Of a stretch of DNA of 64,000 nt, positions 38,945-48,755 are shown in pieces. A model generated the notes under the pieces. The model saw only the letters and a program-made list of their open reading frames with translations, searched no databases and was not told the origin of the DNA. Position numbers and translations under genes: made by a program. The stretch is from a virus (lineage: Duplodnaviria > Caudoviricetes). Within the stretch, counting starts at the first letter, position 1; every line of letters begins with the position of its first letter. The stretch lies in IMG/VR virus record IMGVR_UViG_3300033463_000025, positions 64,001 to 128,000 of that record; one strand, written 5' to 3'.

Positions 38945-39232
38945 TTAAAAGTAGCCTGTTGTCCATTCAAATTTCCAATCATCATATTCGTCTTCTTTAT
39001 TCCATCTCCATTTGGTATCTCGCAAGTATTCTAAAACAGCAGGAGAGTTTCTTCTGTATCTAAAGGGCTTTACTCCTTCTGTTGATGCTCGTTCTTGTTC
39101 ATCTGTTTTGATAAAGTCGAATATGATTTCTAATGCAAGTTCTTTTTCCTCTGGCGTTAAATCATCATAATCTCTCACGGGAAATTGCTGATACTTAACA
39201 GGTAGGTTTTCCATAGTTTCATTTAGTTTCAT
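38945..39232 (-). CDS. hypothetical protein
   Basis: Start moved to ATG 39232. Confidence 0.65.
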   Translation of the reverse strand: MKLNETMENLPVKYQQFPVRDYDDLTPEEKELALEIIFDFIKTDEQERASTEGVKPFRYRRNSPAVLEYLRDTKWRWNKEDEYDDWKFEWTTGYF

Positions 39233-39445
39233 ATTAGCCACCTTTTTAAACCTCCTAAGTTTGTTTATTTTGCCTTTCGACACCACTATTATATCAAATT
39301 ATTTTTGTTTTGTCAAGTTATTTTCATGTTTTTATTAATTTTTAATATTGTATTTTTCTGCTATATACAGAAAATTGTTGTTTTGCAAAATCAAGTTTTC
39401 CATTATTATAAAACAAAAAGCCTTGAAAATCAAGGCTCTGTCTGT

Positions 39446-39865
39446 TTATAATTCTATTCCATCGAGATAATATATTTCTTCGTAGAATCCGCCACAAGCA
39501 ATAGCGATATTCTGAAGGTCGTCTACAATAAATCTTCCCTTGCTCACACGTTCAAAAGCGTTCTGTCTTGAGTGCATCATGCCTTTATCTGCAAGCACAG
39601 CATAACTCGTGCCCGTCTTTTCCATTAGCTCTTTAATCATAGCAGTAAAGCTAATACCTGTTATGGTTTTTCCACCAATAACAAACTGTGATGTATAGGT
39701 CAACTCTAAAATTTCAGCCAGTTTGTCTATTTCTTCCTTTGTATATAACTCTTTGCCGATTATATAACTCATCTTGCTTTTATCAACACCGTATAATTCC
39801 GCAAGTTTCGGTACTTTCATTCCGCGTATTTTCATAGCCGCTTTGAATTTTTCCGTTCGTGCCAT
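39446..39865 (-). CDS. tandem XRE-like HTH protein
   Basis: Two HTH-like halves (KLAELYGVDKSKMS; AVLADKGMMHSRQNAFERVSKGRF..DDLQNIA); similar layout to 35456..35965. Confidence 0.7.
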   Translation of the reverse strand: MARTEKFKAAMKIRGMKVPKLAELYGVDKSKMSYIIGKELYTKEEIDKLAEILELTYTSQFVIGGKTITGISFTAMIKELMEKTGTSYAVLADKGMMHSRQNAFERVSKGRFIVDDLQNIAIACGGFYEEIYYLDGIEL

Positions 39866-40104
39866 AATGATACCTCTTATACATATGATGATTGTTTTTC
39901 AAAATTAAATATTTCTGTGAAGCGTAAACAGCTTTCCTTAATTTTTCAAAATTGTATTTTCCTGTAAAAGAGTATATCAAATCCGCGCTGGTTTGTCAAG
40001 CGGTATTAGTATATCATTTACTTTTTAATATTAAGTTTTCCGACAATTAAAAGAGGACAGCCGAAGCCGTCCTCAATTAGTCTTGACGTATTTTTGTCAA
40101 TTAA

Positions 40105-40542
40105 TTATGTTATTGACGTTTTATAGTCAACTGTCGGAAGTTTAGATACCCACGTTATAAGTTCCGATAAACAATGTAACTTCTCTTTTTCAAACTCTTC
40201 TTCCGTAGTCGCTCTGATAATGTATTCAATTACATTATCCTTCTTGTTGTGGTATTCAAACGGATAAGGAGGCTGATATTCCGCAGTCGTAAAGAGTTCA
40301 TAATCCAAATGAAAAGATACATAAATGTTGATGTTTCCGTTGTAATGTGACTCACAACAGCTCGCAGTCTTATATCCTTTTTCATTCAAAAGCCTTATGA
40401 TTCCTTGCATATTCTGGTCTATAAAGATTAACTCCCACGGCGGATAAAGTTCGCAAGTGCATCTGTTTAACTGCTGAAAACAGTACGGGCATACATAGTT
40501 TAGGTAATCTTTCTTTGCAGGTCTATGTCGATTCAACGCCAT
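40105..40542 (-). CDS. hypothetical protein
   Basis: CPYC, ID..M..II.LLNEKGYKTASCCESH motif. Confidence 0.75.
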   Translation of the reverse strand: MALNRHRPAKKDYLNYVCPYCFQQLNRCTCELYPPWELIFIDQNMQGIIRLLNEKGYKTASCCESHYNGNINIYVSFHLDYELFTTAEYQPPYPFEYHNKKDNVIEYIIRATTEEEFEKEKLHCLSELITWVSKLPTVDYKTSIT

Positions 40543-40574
40543 ATAATCGCCCCTTTGCTCTGGTTATACCACCA

Positions 40575-41078
40575 TTATACCACAGCTTTTGAAGCCTTGC
40601 AAGGATTGTATTGATTATATTCTGTAGGGTTTTTGACGCTTTCTCGAACAGCTTTCATAATATGATTCGGTGTGATTCCAAAATCTTCACAGCCCTGAAC
40701 AATTCCGTAGAAGTAAGTCGCCGCAGGCGGAGCGATACCCTTTCGCTCCTTAGTCATAACATAAACGGTAGCTTCTACGAGTTCGCCATCTTCAGTAATG
40801 ACGTTCACTTTCTCGCGGGTATAGTATTTCGGATAACCTTCATACATATCAAGCCTTCCCCACTCTGACGGGTTAATGTCCCAAAGAGCTACAGGCAGAA
40901 CATCCTTGTCGTCGCCTGTCGGGATAATATCAGCGTGAATATTGAATACCAACTTGTAACCTTTGAGATATGCTTTACCAATGGGCACAGATAACGGGCA
41001 ACGCCATCTCATCTGCTCTAAATTCATATTCGAGCCATACGCAACATAATAATTTTTCTTTGTCTTTTTCTTAGCCAT
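40575..41078 (-). CDS. gamma-glutamylcyclotransferase (AIG2-like) family protein
   Basis: YVAYGSNMN...RCP...LDMYEGYP..Y. Confidence 0.9.
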   Translation of the reverse strand: MAKKKTKKNYYVAYGSNMNLEQMRWRCPLSVPIGKAYLKGYKLVFNIHADIIPTGDDKDVLPVALWDINPSEWGRLDMYEGYPKYYTREKVNVITEDGELVEATVYVMTKERKGIAPPAATYFYGIVQGCEDFGITPNHIMKAVRESVKNPTEYNQYNPCKASKAVV

Positions 41079-41111
41079 AATCTATTCCTCCATTTCTTTT
41101 AATACAAATAC

Positions 41112-41423
41112 TTAATTTGACGCAAGATTTTCTTCAATCTTTGCGATACATTCTTCTATGGACTTATAAAAGCCCTTGCAACTTGTTTCTTTTAAATTGT
41201 TATCTTTTGTAAGCAAATAATCAACGATTTCAAAATGACTAAATTCGCCATCATATTTGATTCGGCAAGGTCTAACTATATGATAATAACCTTTCTGGTT
41301 CATATAGTAATAGAATTTACCTTCAGCAGATTTATAATACTTATTGATTGTAAATCTGGTTCTTTTTCCAGTCATACGGTCAATAGTTTCATGCGCTTCT
41401 TGTGAATAACTCGGCAACATCAT
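41112..41423 (-). CDS. hypothetical protein
   Basis: 103-aa ORF, GGAGG RBS. Confidence 0.65.
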   Translation of the reverse strand: MMLPSYSQEAHETIDRMTGKRTRFTINKYYKSAEGKFYYYMNQKGYYHIVRPCRIKYDGEFSHFEIVDYLLTKDNNLKETSCKGFYKSIEECIAKIEENLASN

Positions 41424-41427
41424 TGTG

Positions 41428-41745
41428 CTATACCTCCTTAATTGTTATATCATATTTTCCCCATTCATTACTTTTACTTGCTATAATGGATAATCTTTTC
41501 AGCTTGGTAATATTGCCAGCATCATCAAATTCGACGATAGAGAATTTATCCTCTAAATAATAATCCCCCATCGTTTGTAACAGCTTATTTAACGATGCTT
41601 TAGCTGTCCCAATCTTACTAAACAACTTTTCGGGTTTTAACAATTCTGCTTTCTCCCAAAACACTTGATACTTATTCCAACCGTTTATTAAATAATAAGT
41701 TCCTTCTGGTGATTCACTCTTTATTGTGTACCTCATATTTTCCAA
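41428..41745 (-). CDS. hypothetical protein
   Basis: TTG start, AAGGAG RBS, own promoter. Confidence 0.7.
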   Translation of the reverse strand: MENMRYTIKSESPEGTYYLINGWNKYQVFWEKAELLKPEKLFSKIGTAKASLNKLLQTMGDYYLEDKFSIVEFDDAGNITKLKRLSIIASKSNEWGKYDITIKEV

Positions 41746-41982
41746 CTCCTTTTTGTAGTTTGTCTATATTATAGCGTGTTGCAATAATTTTGTCAAGTTA
41801 TTTCACTGTATCTATTGATTTTTAATATTGTGTTTTTCTGTTCTGCCTGCACGAAGAATTATTGTTTTGCAAAATTATACTTTTCTGTTAATGGGTAGCA
41901 GAAATTTTCCATTTCAAAAAATAATATAACTAAAATAAAACCGTCGTTTCATCAACAAACGACGGTCATATTTTCCATCTTA

Positions 41983-43449
41983 TTAGGCGGCAATAACGGC
42001 TTCTTTTAACTTGAACAGATAGTCGTTAAGTGTTGTTGAGCCTTTTGATTTTCCGCGTCTGAAATAGGTATAGCCAACTCCACCGTTATGATTAAAGTCA
42101 ACCTCGTGCAACTTGTCATTAACAAAACCTTGCACCTTCAGCGGAACAGAAATATCATACTTGCGGAACAGATAATTGAAGATAGAATACTCATTTGCTT
42201 TGTAATCAAATTCTCCATCATCAGAAGTCTTTTTATAAATAGTGATATATTTATTACGGAGCGTTCCGCCGTTCTTTATCGTTTCAATAGCTTCTGCGAT
42301 TTCTTCCTCGGACAGTCTTACACCGTCCTCAAATTCAGTCTTTCTTTTTCTTTCCGCTTCTGCTTTTCTCTCGGCTCTCTTATCCTCTTGCGCCTGTCTG
42401 TAATTCTTTCGAGCCTCCCAAGCTCCTGCCTCAAGGTCGGGGAAGGCAACTTTAATAAATTCAACATGGACAAGATGCAACCATTTATTATTAGCAATCA
42501 TATCTTCATACCAAGCGCGAAGGCAAGGTAATGAGTTAATATCTGACGTAGTGCGTTCAACTGTTTCTTTCACAGTACGGTCGGCGTATTCTTTATAAAT
42601 CCACATACCAGTTTCATACTCGTCAAAGATAACATAAATGTCACACATTTTATTCCAGCCGTCACTTTCAGCCTCACCAACATAAAGTGTATCGCTGATT
42701 TTACGGACTTTCTTCTTATGAATAACAGCCTTGTTTCCATCTCTGCCGAACATAATCAGCCGTCGAGTTTCAGCCTTGCTCTTAACGTCGCTCAGCTTTG
42801 TATCAGGCGTTACCTCTACAACAGGTTCTTCGGGAGTTTCTACAACTTCCGCTTTCGGGTCGTAGTTTTCAACGTCTTCCAGCGTGAACACAATAGCGTT
42901 GGTGTTACAATCATCATAGCGCATCGGGCACAGAATAGCGGATATACCGTTCTTAGTGTTGTATTCTGTATCGCAGAGCACAATAGGCTTCAGCGGCTTA
43001 CCAACACAAATAAACGCTTCCTTTTCGCCTATGATTTCCAGCAGGTCAAGAACATACTCTGCGTTCATATAAGCATCGCCAATATGAAGGACAATGCGCG
43101 AATATTTATTAGTACGCTCGCGCTTCTTAGTCGTCAGGAATTTTTTATACTTTGCCTTGTTTACTTGATAGGTCGTAAACTTTTCTGTATCGTCGGCAAA
43201 GTCGGTCAGTCTGTCGTGCATCAGCTTTGCTAATGATTGTACCCTGGATTTGCCGTTAGCGTCGAGGCTTTCATATGTTGCGAAGTCGTCATCGCAGGTC
43301 AGATTTGACAGAGCTGATTTAACCAATCTAAAACCATCTGTAATATAGGCTTCGTTTTCGTAAATCAAAATCTGTCTGAATACTTTGGTCTTATCTGTTT
43401 TGTTGTTGTGTAAAATCCTTGTGTACGCGGCTTTGTTTAACTTTTTCAT
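41983..43449 (-). CDS. multidomain hypothetical protein, N-terminus resembles beta sliding-clamp motifs
   Basis: ITDGFRLV...MNAEYVLDLL...KPIVL...ILCPMR. Confidence 0.6.
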   Translation of the reverse strand: MKKLNKAAYTRILHNNKTDKTKVFRQILIYENEAYITDGFRLVKSALSNLTCDDDFATYESLDANGKSRVQSLAKLMHDRLTDFADDTEKFTTYQVNKAKYKKFLTTKKRERTNKYSRIVLHIGDAYMNAEYVLDLLEIIGEKEAFICVGKPLKPIVLCDTEYNTKNGISAILCPMRYDDCNTNAIVFTLEDVENYDPKAEVVETPEEPVVEVTPDTKLSDVKSKAETRRLIMFGRDGNKAVIHKKKVRKISDTLYVGEAESDGWNKMCDIYVIFDEYETGMWIYKEYADRTVKETVERTTSDINSLPCLRAWYEDMIANNKWLHLVHVEFIKVAFPDLEAGAWEARKNYRQAQEDKRAERKAEAERKRKTEFEDGVRLSEEEIAEAIETIKNGGTLRNKYITIYKKTSDDGEFDYKANEYSIFNYLFRKYDISVPLKVQGFVNDKLHEVDFNHNGGVGYTYFRRGKSKGSTTLNDYLFKLKEAVIAA

Positions 43450-43837
43450 GGTGTAAACCTCCTTATATTCTGTGGGTCTTTTGACAATATAAATATACCA
43501 CAGCTCGCGGTTTATGTCAAGTTATTTTATATTATTTATTACTTTTTAATATTGACAAATTTTGAATTGAATTATGGATTTGCCAGTCGTCAAGGATTCC
43601 TTGACAGCTAAATCTTTATTTTACAAAATCAAGATTTCTTGTAATTTGTAAAGTGGATAGAGCTGTAACAAAATAGCTTTTTACTATTTTTCAAAATTAA
43701 TTTTTTCTGCTGTGTCAGAACAGAAAAATTGAATATTTAAAAATAAGTTATTATCGGCATATGCGGATATTAAGTTTTGAAATATTAACTTTTTCTGTTG
43801 TGGAAGGCAAAACGAAAACCGCCTTTCGGCGGTTCGT

Positions 43838-44065
43838 TTAAATCTTTCGTTTTTCCAAGTATTTTGATATTGAATTATTTAATCCCTTTAAACATTCATC
43901 ACATAAAACCATAAGTCGCGGACTGTGTACTCTTCCAATCCAAATTTCATTCAATGAGTCAACTCTCTTTTGTGGTAATCCACTGTCAAAAGTAATACCT
44001 CCACAATGTTCACAAGTTCCGATAAGTTCACTCGCTTCTTTGACTTTCATTTCTATATTATCCAT
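43838..44065 (-). CDS. small zinc-finger protein
   Basis: CEHC...LCDEC; own TTTACA-17-TATAAT promoter. Confidence 0.65.
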   Translation of the reverse strand: MDNIEMKVKEASELIGTCEHCGGITFDSGLPQKRVDSLNEIWIGRVHSPRLMVLCDECLKGLNNSISKYLEKRKI

Positions 44066-44140
44066 TAGTCGCCCTCCAATAATACTTTATAAAATTATTA
44101 TACCAAATTGTTATGATGTTGTAAAGCTAATAAAAAAAAG

Positions 44141-44353
44141 TTAGTTAATATACCTACCAACATTTGAAAGCACTTTGCGTAACTCTTCCGAAAAGTAACC
44201 ATAAACTTTTGTTTTTAGTTCCATCATTTCTTTGTAAGTAATTACTTCGTTTATATAAAGAATATCAAGCTGTACTAAGTTTGCTCTGGTCGTATGCTGA
44301 AGGATTCCCAAGTCACCGTTATAAGAAAACTGAACATTAATCAAATCGGTCAT
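44141..44353 (-). CDS. hypothetical protein
   Basis: ATG 44353 with GAGG RBS. Confidence 0.55.
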   Translation of the reverse strand: MTDLINVQFSYNGDLGILQHTTRANLVQLDILYINEVITYKEMMELKTKVYGYFSEELRKVLSNVGRYIN

Positions 44354-44354
44354 A

Positions 44355-44654
44355 TTAAAAACCTCGCTTTTCTTTGTAATAAAGTCTATCAAGTGCTTCA
44401 ATGATTATCTTTGATTTATCTTTTGCATAATTACAAAGTTCTGTAAAAACGCTTCCACAATCGTTCATCATCGCAACAATATTGCTACACAAATTAAACT
44501 GAGCTATATAATAGCTTGCATTAAGATAACAAGTTTCAATGCGCTTGCCGTTTGACGGTTTATTATTGATAATTTCCATCACCTCGGCATATGCAAAATC
44601 AATACATTCTTTTGCTTTATTGGTGAAGTATTCAATGTTAAAAGTATTATCCAT
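44355..44654 (-). CDS. hypothetical protein
   Basis: 99-aa ORF, GGAGG RBS. Confidence 0.65.
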   Translation of the reverse strand: MDNTFNIEYFTNKAKECIDFAYAEVMEIINNKPSNGKRIETCYLNASYYIAQFNLCSNIVAMMNDCGSVFTELCNYAKDKSKIIIEALDRLYYKEKRGF

Positions 44655-44670
44655 TATTTTTAACCTCCTA

Positions 44671-44943
44671 TCATTTGCACTCGTCTAAGAAATTATATTT
44701 TGATAACTTGCCGAAGTGAGTTAAATATTCATCATTCATAAACGCGGCAACTTCTCTAAATTCAACTTCTTCAATAAGGTCTGATACAAAGTAACAGAAC
44801 ATATCTTTGCTGTTATGCTGATGCAGTAAACCATAAGTGATTATGTTTTCTACTGTAGCTCTGAACATGAAATTTTCCAAACCGTTATATTCGCTTTGCA
44901 GGTATTCCATAAAACCTTGTTTGTTAAAACCTCTGTCATTCAT
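44671..44943 (-). CDS. hypothetical protein
   Basis: ATG 44943 after the cassette leader. Confidence 0.7.
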   Translation of the reverse strand: MNDRGFNKQGFMEYLQSEYNGLENFMFRATVENIITYGLLHQHNSKDMFCYFVSDLIEEVEFREVAAFMNDEYLTHFGKLSKYNFLDECK

Positions 44944-45164
44944 TGTAATTACTCCTTTCATTTCTTTGTCTTTTGACGTTTTAATTATATCAAATCGGGC
45001 GGATGTTGTCAAGATATTTTACGTTGTATATTATTTTTTAATATTAAATTTTTCTGTCAAGTTTTCCATCTACTATACACATTATCTTTGTTTTTCAAAA
45101 TCAAAGTTTCTTGTTGAGGCAAAAGAAAACCGTCAAGCCGAAGCCTGACGGTTAGCAATTACTG

Positions 45165-45548
45165 TTACTGGACAAGTAAAGGACAATGGTTTTTATCTCC
45201 AATCCAAACGATTACTTTTCCTGTTTCGGTATTTCTTTCTGCAAAGCAATAACTAAAGCCATCAGCACAGTAAATCCATTCCTTGTCTTTTGTTTTCTTT
45301 GCGGTATTTATAGTTTCACGATAACATTCATAGTTTCCATTTTTCCAAAAGTATTCAACGCAAATAGAAGCTGTGTTTTTATCTGATTTTAATTCGATAA
45401 ATTTAATATTGATTTTATAATTGTTCATCTTTTTATGTGATTCTATGACGATTTTTCTAATTAAATCTACATCTTTCGGATAATTTTTCATGCTGATAAC
45501 CTCCAATCTTTTTATACTAAGTCGGATTGCCCGTATTTCTTTTTCCAT
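45165..45548 (-). CDS. hypothetical protein (start probably at MKNYPK)
   Basis: ORF in operon. Confidence 0.6.
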   Translation of the reverse strand: MEKEIRAIRLSIKRLEVISMKNYPKDVDLIRKIVIESHKKMNNYKINIKFIELKSDKNTASICVEYFWKNGNYECYRETINTAKKTKDKEWIYCADGFSYCFAERNTETGKVIVWIGDKNHCPLLVQ

Positions 45549-45730
45549 TCCTCACACTGTTTTTCAAGAACAGCCCTGTCATCGCTTCCGCCTCTGATTT
45601 CATCATCGCCTGCAACTCTTTCTCCACCAGGGAAGCGGTAACACGGGAAGCCGTGGTCAACTTCTGTGAATATCCCAATATACTCACAGCATCTAACATA
45701 TTTCGGATATTTCATTTTGATAACCTCCAA
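45512..45730 (-). CDS. hypothetical protein
   Basis: GGAGG RBS before MKYPK. Confidence 0.55.
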   Translation of the reverse strand: MEVIKMKYPKYVRCCEYIGIFTEVDHGFPCYRFPGGERVAGDDEIRGGSDDRAVLEKQCEEWKKKYGQSDLV

Positions 45731-46201
45731 TCAATACCAATTATTAGCGTCAGCGTCTTTTAAAAATCTTTCCTTTGCTCTCTTGAACGCATCTATTGTG
45801 TCTTTTCCATAGCCTGCCTCGGTCAGATATTCAGCATACCCATACCCATTCACAAACTCACATTCTTTGAAGCAACTGCAAACGTCATAGTCGCCCTGAT
45901 AGTTTATATGGTATTCATGGTTTGCCATTTCAGAATAGAAAGCACCCTCGGCAAAGTCAGCGTCCTTCATAAGCTCATCAAGCGGGTCTTCCTTATGAAG
46001 CCAAGCCCTAATAATCGGCGCATCTTTCTTGAGATAGAAGCCGCCTCCGCTAATCTTATAGATTTTGTCCGTGTCGTGAATTGTTAAGCCGCGCTCATTC
46101 ATCGCCTTTTCAAACTGCTTATTGCTAAAAGCAAAGAATATCGGAAGCTCGTTAAATTCCTTTTGTCTCGCAGTTTTGTAGTCGTCGTAAGTAATAGTCA
46201 T
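45731..46201 (-). CDS. hypothetical protein
   Basis: FFAFSNKQFE...GGGFY...YSEMANHEY; first gene of a cassette. Confidence 0.8.
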   Translation of the reverse strand: MTITYDDYKTARQKEFNELPIFFAFSNKQFEKAMNERGLTIHDTDKIYKISGGGFYLKKDAPIIRAWLHKEDPLDELMKDADFAEGAFYSEMANHEYHINYQGDYDVCSCFKECEFVNGYGYAEYLTEAGYGKDTIDAFKRAKERFLKDADANNWY

Positions 46202-46535
46202 CAGATTTTCCTCCTTTATTATATTGTTGTATCTTTTGACAATATAAGTATAGCATTTTCCTGTTGTGGTGTCAAGATATTTTCCTTCGTTTATTAGTTT
46301 TTAATATTAGTAAAATCTGTTTCTGATTATCCTCTTTGCACTGCATTGTTCAGTTCGGTTTGGTGTAATGCAAGCTAAACTGAATAATCCGATATTGCAA
46401 AATCATAATTTAGTAAATCGTAATTTTGCAAAATTGAGTTTTTCTGTTTGGCTAATACAGAAAAACTTGATATTGAAAATTAAAGTCGTAAAGAAAAAAA
46501 CCGCCTGTTACAGCGGATTTTTTCTATTATACTTT

Positions 46536-46748
46536 TTACCATTCTTCAAATTTTCGTTTTGGTCTCTCGTCATAAAACAAGGTGTAGCCGTTAATATATG
46601 GCTCAAATGTTTTCCGTTCTTTTACGTTTGTCCATTCAATAGTTTCTGTTACACCGTCAGCAAACTTTAAGTCAGCAATAGGTGTTACGTTGTACTCATT
46701 AAAATAAATTCTTACTGCAACAATATGGCGCATTAAAGTGTTATTCAT
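46536..46748 (-). CDS. hypothetical protein
   Basis: 70-aa ORF followed by a terminator. Confidence 0.55.
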   Translation of the reverse strand: MNNTLMRHIVAVRIYFNEYNVTPIADLKFADGVTETIEWTNVKERKTFEPYINGYTLFYDERPKRKFEEW

Positions 46749-46778
46749 AACTTAATTACCCCTTTTATTTTTTTTGGT

Positions 46779-47399
46779 TTAGTCAATAGGAGATACAAAG
46801 ATAGTAGATTTGAAGATAAAAAACGGACGAAGCCCAATCACGCCGTAGTAGCTGACGTAGTAGATGCTACCGAGAGGCGACACACAAAGAGCTAATGAAC
46901 TATCATAGTGAGGTAGTGTGCTCCAAGCCGTTGCAAGCCACCACCAAATATCTAACTTATATTTGTCAAAAATTTCTGTGTTTGCGCGGTAGAAGTCAAG
47001 AGTCGCAAGGCTGATTCGTGAAGTCATAGTGCCAAATACCTTTAACCCATCAAGAGTAGTCAGGTCTGTGGTAAATTCTAAAACATTATCATCACCAACA
47101 GCGGCAATTACCTGCGGCAGATATTCTTCCTTGAGAAGCGTTAATGCGTGACTCTTGCTAAAGTCGTTTGTGTTGTCGTCAAACTTTTCATCAGTATAAA
47201 CTGCGTCTTTAGTCATAACAACAGCTTTTCCATCGCTCTCGGAGAACTTAATAAATGTGATTCCGCCAATCTCAAAAGTGCTTCCATCTTCGATTTTTGA
47301 AAGCTGGACGGTTTTTCTGTTTGCTTTGTTTACGAGGCTCAGAAGGTTTGCTCTTTCCTCTTCAGTCAGGTTATCCATATTGATTGTGATAGTTTCCAT
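46779..47399 (-). CDS. DGR target protein 2 (remote paralog of 17107..17730)
   Basis: DLTTLDGLK, WWWLAT, CVSPLG...GLRPF; contains VR2; ATG 47399 with AAGGAG RBS. Confidence 0.9.
   Translation of the reverse strand: METITINMDNLTEEERANLLSLVNKANRKTVQLSKIEDGSTFEIGGITFIKFSESDGKAVVMTKDAVYTDEKFDDNTNDFSKSHALTLLKEEYLPQVIAAVGDDNVLEFTTDLTTLDGLKVFGTMTSRISLATLDFYRANTEIFDKYKLDIWWWLATAWSTLPHYDSSLALCVSPLGSIYYVSYYGVIGLRPFFIFKSTIFVSPID
46823..46891 (-). repeat. DGR variable repeat VR2
   Basis: 69-nt match to TR with 12 mismatches, all at TR adenines. Confidence 0.95.
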
Positions 47400-47675
47400 A
47401 ATGCTTACTCCTTTGTAATATAGTATTTGTCTTTGTGACATCCTTATTATAACATAATTCAATAGTTTAGTCAAGTTATGTTATAATTTTTATAATTACC
47501 TTTTTCTGTTCAGATTCATCAAGAAATAATAGTTTTTCAAAAATAGATTTTTCTGAAATTTTCCACCAACTATTATTATTTTGCAAAATTGATTATTCTT
47601 GCGCCATGACGCAGAATTGTTCAATATCAAAAACTAAAAGCCACAACAGAAAACCCGCCTTTCGGCGGGTAACTG

Positions 47676-48179
47676 TTAATCCTCATACTCCCTTGAGAGT
47701 ATAAAGTCATATCGTTCGCAGTCGTCTACAAAATCTGTGTCGGGATTATAAATCAGGTAAGTCAGCATCAGTGTACCGTCACTAATAGGAATACCCAAAT
47801 CAAAGTATGAAATATAATTGTATTCTGATTCCGTGTTCAATATTCTCCCGTCACCTTTGGTTTTATTAACAACTTTTCCGATAACTCTTTCAACTATAAG
47901 CGTATTGCTTGCCGTTCTGGTTTCGAGGATTTCAGCGGTCAGCTCATCGGGATTATAAATCTTGAAATTTTCCAAATCTAATATGAAGTTTTCCTCTAAT
48001 GGTTTATAGGGATATTGTTCATCAAGTGTGATTTCATCCATTGTGGTTTGCTCGGCTGGTTCGTTTACTTGCCCAACAGCATTGAAAATCGCGCCAACTG
48101 TTCCCAATAAAGACATCACAACTAATAGTGTTGCAAAAATAATAATAAATACCATAGTAAATTTATTCATGGTCTGCAC
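47676..48179 (-). CDS. membrane-anchored hypothetical protein
   Basis: N-terminal hydrophobic helix, acidic body. Confidence 0.7.
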   Translation of the reverse strand: MQTMNKFTMVFIIIFATLLVVMSLLGTVGAIFNAVGQVNEPAEQTTMDEITLDEQYPYKPLEENFILDLENFKIYNPDELTAEILETRTASNTLIVERVIGKVVNKTKGDGRILNTESEYNYISYFDLGIPISDGTLMLTYLIYNPDTDFVDDCERYDFILSREYED

Positions 48180-48184
48180 CTCCT

Positions 48185-48439
48185 TTATAATCTCACGCCG
48201 TAATTCATGTTGATTTCAATATCTGTGCCGTCGAAATTGCCGCCCTGCTTTTTGAAGTGTTCCTTGCAATACTCAATAGCTTCATCCTCAGACTTGGTAA
48301 AGCGTCCGATTCCGCAGTAATAATATGTTTTGCCTGCATCAACACTTGTGTAAACCTGTGCATTGTGTGTGTACCCGTCAACAGGGAAGTACATTTTCTC
48401 GATTCCGTATCTGAATTTTATTTTGCTCATGTTTTCCAA
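48185..48439 (-). CDS. hypothetical protein
   Basis: First gene of a cassette. Confidence 0.7.
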   Translation of the reverse strand: MENMSKIKFRYGIEKMYFPVDGYTHNAQVYTSVDAGKTYYYCGIGRFTKSEDEAIEYCKEHFKKQGGNFDGTDIEINMNYGVRL

Positions 48440-48755
48440 CTCCTTAATATATTATGTCTTTTGACAATCTAATTATAGCAAATCGTCGGTTGTTCTGTCA
48501 AGTATTTTCCCGCGTTTTATTAATTTTTAATATCTCAAATTCCTGCGTGATTTTCCTCTGCCTGGTCTGCTCGGCGCAGGATTCCTTTGTTTTCCAAAAT
48601 CAAACTTTTCTGTTGAGCAAAACAGTTTTTCTTAATATTTCAAAATCAAATTTTCCACCAACTATATAACCCAATAAACGAAAATCACCAGAGCCGAAGC
48701 CCTGGTGATTCCCGCAAATAGAAAGGAGATTTATGAAAACAAATAAAAGTGGATG

